DNA from: Tubiluchus corallicola
Lineage: Eukaryota; Animalia; Priapulida
Direction: 5' to 3'
DNA length: 64,000 nucleotides
Assembly: GCA_030141605.1 (NCBI GenBank)
Contig: JAQGDQ010000749.1
Location: 1-64,000 of the forward strand
The stretch's first letter is position 1. Each line of letters opens with the position of its first letter. This document shows, one piece after another, positions 57,746 to 64,000 of this stretch. The notes below the pieces were generated by a model. The model was given only the letters and a program-made list of their open reading frames with translations. It was not told the origin of the DNA and made no database searches. The position numbers and the translations under genes were made by a program.

Positions 57746-58080
57746 ACATTTCCTTTTCTTCCCCTGATTTACGTTTGCGTTGTGACGTCATGTAATGGCG
57801 CTGCCGGAACAGTGTCGCGGGAGATTTAAAATGAAAACAAACAAAAAATTCTTTCAACGCGAGTACGATATACGCATAAAATTGCTATAAAGTAATATAA
57901 TTTTTAAGGCGATTTTTTTGAAACCACCTCAGGTTCCCCTTTTCTTGTCCCCAAAACACCATTTCTGGCAAGAATCACCGTGAGATGAATCTGGTGGCAA
58001 TACAATCAGGTTAAAAGTAATCAGACAAAAGGTCATCAGCTCCAGACATTAAAAAAACTAAGCACAAAATGCTGTATTAC

Positions 58081-58231
58081 CTTTGCTTCTTCAAAGAGAC
58101 CACTCTCTACCAGCCAGACACAGATCATTGTCCCAGTTCTGCCTTTGCCTCCTTTACAATGTATGGCTATGATGTTGTCAGCATCTTCATTCATCCAATC
58201 CTGAACACTTTGAACAAACTCTAGCATCTGA
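58081..58231 (-). CDS. TPTE2: VSP/TPTE-like exon (catalytic P-loop)
   Basis: tttcag|..|gtaata; QMLEFVQSVQDWMNEDADNIIAIHCKGGKGRTGTMICVWLVESGLFEEAK; HCKGGKGRT is VSP-type (PTEN has HCKAGKGRT); 151 nt. Confidence 0.96.
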
Positions 58232-58369
58232 CTGAAACGTTAAATATAATGATTTAACTATTCAAAGAGCAGTGTTAAGTTGTTGTTAACTTTATTTCTG
58301 AGATTTAGTTAAGCATTTGGTCTGGTTGCCTACACGTTGGCCTATAACCCGTAGGCAACTAGATCAAAC

Positions 58370-59588
58370 TATCCATCCATCCATCCATCCATCCATCCAT
58401 CCATCCATCCATCCATCCATCCATCCATCCATTTATCAATCCATCCATCCATCCACCCATCCATCAATCCATTCATTCATACGTACATTCATTCATTCCT
58501 TCATTCATTCATTCATTCATTCATTCATTCATTCATTCATTCATCCATTCACTCACTTATTCATTCATTCATTCATTCACTCACTCATTTATTCATTCAT
58601 TCAAGCATTATAACTTGGCTTTATTTAACAGTAATCAAGTTTTCCCTATTCATTTATTCATTCATTCACTCATTAATTCATCCATCCATTCAGTCACTTA
58701 TTCATTTATTCAAGAGTTATAACTCGGCTTTACTTTAACTAGTAATCATTTTTTCCCTATTCATTCATTCATTCATTCATTCATCCATCCATTCACTCAT
58801 TCATTTATTTACTCATTCATCCATCCATCCATTCACTCTCTTATTCATTCATTCATTCATTCATTCATTCATTCATTCATTCATTCACTCATTCATTCAT
58901 TCATTCACTCACTCATTTATTCATTCATTCAAGCATTATAACTTGGCTTTATTTAACAGTAATCAAATTTTCCCTATTCATTTATTCATTCATTCACTCA
59001 TTAATTCATCCATCCATTCAGTCACTTATTCATTCATTCAAGAGTTATAACTCGGCTTTACTTTAACTAGTAATCATTTTTTCCCTATTCATTCATTCAT
59101 TCATTCATTCATCCATCCATCCATCCATCCATCCATTCAGTCACTTATTCATTCATTTATTCAAGAGTTATAACTTGGCTTTACTCTAACTAGTAATCAA
59201 TTTTTCTCTATTCGTTCATTCATTCATTCATTCATTCATTCATTCATTCATTCATCCATCCATCCATCCATTCAGTCACTTATTCATTCATTCATTCAAG
59301 AGTTATAACTTGGCTTTACTCTAACTAGTAATCAATTTTTCTCTATTCGTTCATTCATTCATTCATTCATTCATTCATTCATTCATTCATTCATTCATTC
59401 ATTCATCCATTCACTCATTCATTTATTTACTCATTCATCCATCCATCCATTCACTCTCTTATTCATTCATTCATTCATTCATTCATTCATCCATCCATCC
59501 ATTCAGTCACTTATTCATTCATTCAGGAGTTATAACTCGGCTTTACTTTAACTAGTAATCAATTTTTCTCTATTCGTTCATTCATTCA
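58370..59588. repeat. Compound (ATCC/ATTC)n array punctuated by a recurring about 48-bp motif
   Basis: caagagttataact(c/t)ggcttta..agtaatca.tttt(c/t)cctatt recurs 7 times between tetranucleotide runs. Confidence 0.9.
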
Positions 59589-59825
59589 GTTATGAATGAT
59601 AAATCATCATACATCTTGCCACCAAAATAAAAATCATAACGATGTTTAGAAAACATGGAGTTTAATGCAGCTGCAAGGATAATTAACAAGACCAGCCATG
59701 CAAACAGTCATGAATTTCGTTATTGCACAATACATACTGATTGACTGATTGACTAAAAACACTCCTTTATCGTTCCTTTACTGTTAAACACAGTTTTTAA
59801 ATCACATAGCAGACAAAAGTTGCAC

Positions 59826-59907
59826 CTGAGCTTTGGGACATTATGATCATCAATCGTCACTTGTTCCACATTGTCACAGAATTTCGTGACGTCATACGTT
59901 CTCTCAC
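59826..59907 (-). CDS. TPTE2: VSP/TPTE-like exon (WPD-equivalent loop)
   Basis: ttacag|..|gtgcaa; (S)ERTYDVTKFCDNVEQVTIDDHNVPKL; 82 nt. Confidence 0.92.
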
Positions 59908-59984
59908 CTGTAAAAAGAACAGCATTATTAGTTAACAAGAAATGAAAAATTGATTTTTAAAGTAAACTACTATTGTTTCTAATA

Positions 59985-60582
59985 ATTCTTTATGTATGAT
60001 TGAATAGTAATTAATACTTACTGCACAAATTGTAGTTCTTTATGATTGAATAGTAATTAATACTTACTGCACAAATTGGAATTCTTTATGATTGAATAGT
60101 AATTAATACTTACTGCACAAATTGGAAATCTTTATGATTGAATAGTAATTAATACTTACTGCACAAATTGGAATTCTTTATGATTGAATAGTAATTAATA
60201 CTTACTGCACAAATTGGAAATCTTTATGATTGAATAGTAATTAATACTTACTGCACAAATTGGAATTCTTTATGATTGAATAGTAATTAATACTTACTGC
60301 ACAAATTGGAATTCTTTATGATTGAATAGTAATTAATACTTACTGCACAAATTGGAAATCTTTATGATTGAATAGTAATTAATACTTACTGCACAAATTG
60401 GAATTCTTTATGATTGAATAGTAATTAATACTTACTGCACAAATTGGAAATCTTTATGATTGAATAGTAATTAATACTTACTGCACAAATTGGAATTCTT
60501 TATGAGTGAATAGTAATTAATACTTACTGCACAAATTGGAATTCTTTATGAGTGAATAGTAATTAATACTTACTGCACAAGT
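59985..60582. repeat. 46-bp minisatellite, 13 copies, each containing the VSP exon end and 5' splice site
   Basis: tacttactgcacaa at 60015+46n up to 60567. Confidence 0.96.
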
Positions 60583-60634
60583 TGTAGATTTTATAGTGAC
60601 CAGGATACTTGGTGTTAAAGAAGCGAGCCACTTC
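60574..60634 (-). CDS. TPTE2: VSP/TPTE-like exon
   Basis: ttttag|..|gtaagt; EVARFFNTKYPGHYKIYNLC(S); 61 nt. Confidence 0.92.
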
Positions 60635-61433
60635 CTAAAATACAAATTAAAGCAATTGTAAACAAAAACAAAAACCATTGTGTAATTACCAGAAATTATA
60701 ATTTTTATATTGATAAATGGTAAACGTTTAAAAAAGGTATTCAACTTTACATGTCTGTGGGGCAAGGGAAATTTTGAGTGGTAACAATGCGTGCTTACAG
60801 CAATGGACAGAAGTGAAATAACACTGCGCCTGATCAGTAAATGGGTGGCCATCAGAAAAAGTGAATCTAGGCTTTCACATGCTGTACTGTCCTTAGATGT
60901 TTATTTTGTTGAGGAAGGCGCAGTCATAGGTTTAGCATATGTGGCTAAAACACCATGATGCTGACTCAATGCTTCGTATTAAAAGATTGTTGTTTGCTTC
61001 ACAGTCCAGCACAGTGCGCTTCTGGCTACACGGAGTTTGGCTGTTGTGCGCATGCGGCCATGCACACATGTCTGAGATAAGATGCTGCACTCTAAGTAGA
61101 GAAAGTACTGTTGCTCATGCAGTGTTTGTTGTCAGTTGTCAAATGCTTAAAAGTCGTGTACCAGCATATTCATATATTGCGAGAATTTAACTATTCATAA
61201 GCAAGCAATGATTTTTGTTTAGGAGTTTATCAAGGCTATGTGTAAATTTTCGTATGTTTGTTTGTTTAAAATCACAAATAAACATTAAAATTACACATGC
61301 TTGCTTCATTTTACACCGTATTAAAACAATGGCTAAAATTCTTCTGAAGCAGCACCCCCCAGTAATTCTACCTACCAGCCTCTGGTCTTGCTGTTATTGA
61401 TGGCATTTTGAATTGCAGTTTGCTTAATATCAT

Positions 61434-61591
61434 ATAATGATAATGATAATGATAATGATAATGATAATGATAATGATAATGATAATGATAATGATAATGA
61501 TAATGATAATGATAATGATAATGACAATGCAATGACAATGACAATGACATATGACAATGACAATGATAATGATAATAATAATAATAATGAC

Positions 61592-61645
<54 letters not shown>

Positions 61646-61721
61646 AATGATGACGATGACAATGACAATGACAATGATAACGATTATGATAATGATAATG
61701 ATAATGATAACGATAACAATA

Positions 61722-61811
<90 letters not shown>
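61434..61811. repeat. Compound (AAT/GAT/GAC) trinucleotide array; similar arrays at about 62295-62446 and 63745-64000
   Basis: direct inspection. Confidence 0.93.
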
Positions 61812-61812
<1 letters not shown>

Positions 61813-62294
61813 AATAAATACAGTAAGAAAGCAAATTTCCAAGTTGAAATTAACTGATAATGAGGTAATCAGTAAAACCTAAGAGGAAAAACTGGGTTTT
61901 AAAACAATTTTCTATCTCTAATTTTTCTTTGTATTTGTAGGAAAGAATCAAGAATCACAAACATTGAGTTTAAAACACAAACGCTGAAACTTTACACAAA
62001 ATATAAACTTATGAAAAAATGTTTTAACATCGTAATTTATCGCTTTATCATTTTTTTATTAATTTTAACAGAGACGACGGTGGAAAGTGCATTAGTTAAT
62101 GCCATGTTGTGCTGCCACCTAACGTCAAACAAAAATAATATAAATAAACTACGTCAATAAGGCTTGTAATGTCTTGCAAATATAAGTAGACTTAAGCAGT
62201 TAAGTTATTCTGTCTTCTGCCAGTTAATTTTGGATTTTAAAATTACATGAATGCAAATCTCACACGTTTAATGACATTAGCAATTTTGGAATTG

Positions 62295-62325
<31 letters not shown>

Positions 62326-62450
62326 TAACAATAACAATAACAATAACAATAACAATAACAATAACAATAACAATAATAATAATAACAATAATAATAATAA
62401 TAATAATAACAATAACAATAACAATAACAATAACAATAACAATAATTACT

Positions 62451-62805
62451 GAAGTTATAATTACTTATATTATTGTCAAGAAGATCAATAGTGAGTTCCC
62501 TGGTGAGCCAGAAGTGCACACTGGGATGAAGTTATAATTACTTATATTATTGTCAAGAAGATCAATAGTGAGTTCCTTGGTGAGCCAGAGATGCACATTG
62601 GGATGAAGTTATAATTACTTATACTATTGTCAAGAAGATCAATACTGAGTTCCCTGGTGAGCCAGAGATGCACACTGGGATGAAGTGATAACTACTTATA
62701 TTATTGTCAAGAAGATCAATAGTGAGTTCCCTGGTGAGCCAGACGTGCACACTGGGATGACAATACACTGAGTTCCTTGGTGAGCCAAAGGTGCACACTG
62801 GGATG
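62451..62805. repeat. 77-bp tandem repeat, about 4.5 copies
   Basis: gaagttataattacttatattattgtcaagaagatcaatagtgagttccctggtgagccagaagtgcacactgggat. Confidence 0.92.
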
Positions 62806-63060
62806 GGGATACAGTGGCGTTTTGTCACTTGAAGTTAACATTTAAATTGTAAAGATTTTTTTCCAATACACCATTCTTTGCAACAGGTAAAAGTAATATC
62901 TAAAATTACTCTGCATGGAAAGTTTTTTTTGGATATACTTTTAAATCTCTCTTTTTTCTTCTTTAACTTCCCCTGGATACACATTTTGATGAAACTTCAT
63001 TACATGCTGTTCTTGCTGTGCTGCCATCTAGCGTTAATAAAAGTAAAGTTTGATGCTTAC

Positions 63061-63125
63061 GCCAATCGGGTTTCTATAGAGAGCCATTCTTCCTGTTGAC
63101 GGAAATGACATAGCAATAACACGAT
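63061..63125 (-). CDS. TPTE2: Voltage-sensing phosphatase (VSP/TPTE-like), first exon visible in window (start of PTEN-like phosphatase domain)
   Basis: tttcag|..|gtaagc; (D)RVIAMSFPSTGRMALYRNPIG; 65 nt. Symbol is the closest vertebrate name; orthology not tested. Confidence 0.9.
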
Positions 63126-63153
63126 CTGAAAGTAAGGCAAAGTGAGAATTAAT

Positions 63154-63510
63154 TAGGGGTGGACATTCTCTGCTAGAAAGCAAATTCGAATCGAATCGAA
63201 TTTGTGATTTTCGAAATTGAATCGAACCGAATTTCAGTATTTCGAATCCGAATCAAATTCGAATTGAGTTTGAAAGATTTTCAGACAAGTTTTCGAACCA
63301 CTAGTGAAAAGTGGTCTTACAAAGATCGTGCAGATTGCTTGATTTTGTTCTGCAGCAAAACCGCCATTAGTTTGTTAAAAATTTTGCACAGAAACTGCAG
63401 CTAAATTGCGTTAATTGCATGCGCTGTTTCAAACGTTTTTAATGATAAAGAGCGTATGTGACTGAAGTGCTGAATTATTCGAATTTATGATATTAGGTTC
63501 GAATCGAATT
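63154..63510. mobile_element. TTCGAA-rich hAT MITE, copy 3 (3' end truncated by LINE tail)
   Basis: taggggtggacattctc start; homologous body. Confidence 0.8.
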
Positions 63511-63763
63511 CCTGTGTAATCTAACCTTTCTCCCAGTTCTTTTTATTTTGTTCACTCATCCATTCTTTTTTTATCGGGTTCACATGACAGTGGGCTTATA
63601 CAAGCCTTTGCTTCTCTAGCCCACTGCAGTACAATTATTCTTTTATGATAACGATAGTGTATGAAACATAACAATTTAATACAGTAAGATGTAATAATTT
63701 TGCTGTCACTGTGTGCTTAATGATCATTATATTGTACTGAATGTGATAATAATAATAATAATA

Positions 63764-63840
<77 letters not shown>

Positions 63841-64000
63841 CGATGATGATGATGATGATGATGATGACGACAATGATGATAACAGTAATAATAATAATGA
63901 TAATGATAAAAATATTGATAATGATAATGATAATGATAACGATAATGATAATGATAATGATAATGATAATGATAATGATAATGATAATGATAATGATAAT

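Noticed and set aside
58081-58231. PTEN assignment
   Set aside because: HCKGGK, GVETPSQ and LDNPHK motifs and the absence of a PTEN C-tail point to VSP/TPTE
58370-59588. CRISPR-like repeat/spacer look of this and other arrays
   Set aside because: Spacers are simple tetranucleotide runs or absent, there are no cas genes, and the context is a spliced eukaryotic gene

Overview
This is AT-rich, repeat-dense eukaryotic DNA, probably from an invertebrate animal, not prokaryotic; almost all six-frame ORFs are microsatellite artefacts. Three genes can be read by hand. (1) A complete 10-exon SLC10A7 on + (CDS 2243-16717, 332 aa, all GT-AG phases consistent). (2) The 3' part (9 exons, 63125 down to 23591) of a voltage-sensing phosphatase (VSP/TPTE-type, HCKGGKGRT active site) on -, converging on SLC10A7; its voltage-sensor exons would lie beyond the window. 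(3) A Kekkon-like LRR-Ig-TM receptor with a single coding exon (53447-55276, +), nested antisense in a 25-kb VSP intron. The rest is MITEs (hAT, Tc1/pogo and piggyBac types), two solo LTRs, SINE and LINE fragments, and many minisatellites. The most unusual signal is that several tandem arrays are built from or against functional gene boundaries: 13 copies of a VSP splice donor, 4 copies of the receptor's PDZ tail plus stop, 3 copies of the SLC10A7 stop, and 10 CCAAT/pseudo-acceptor units at the receptor's acceptor. Family assignments come from recognising motifs from memory; no database search was run.
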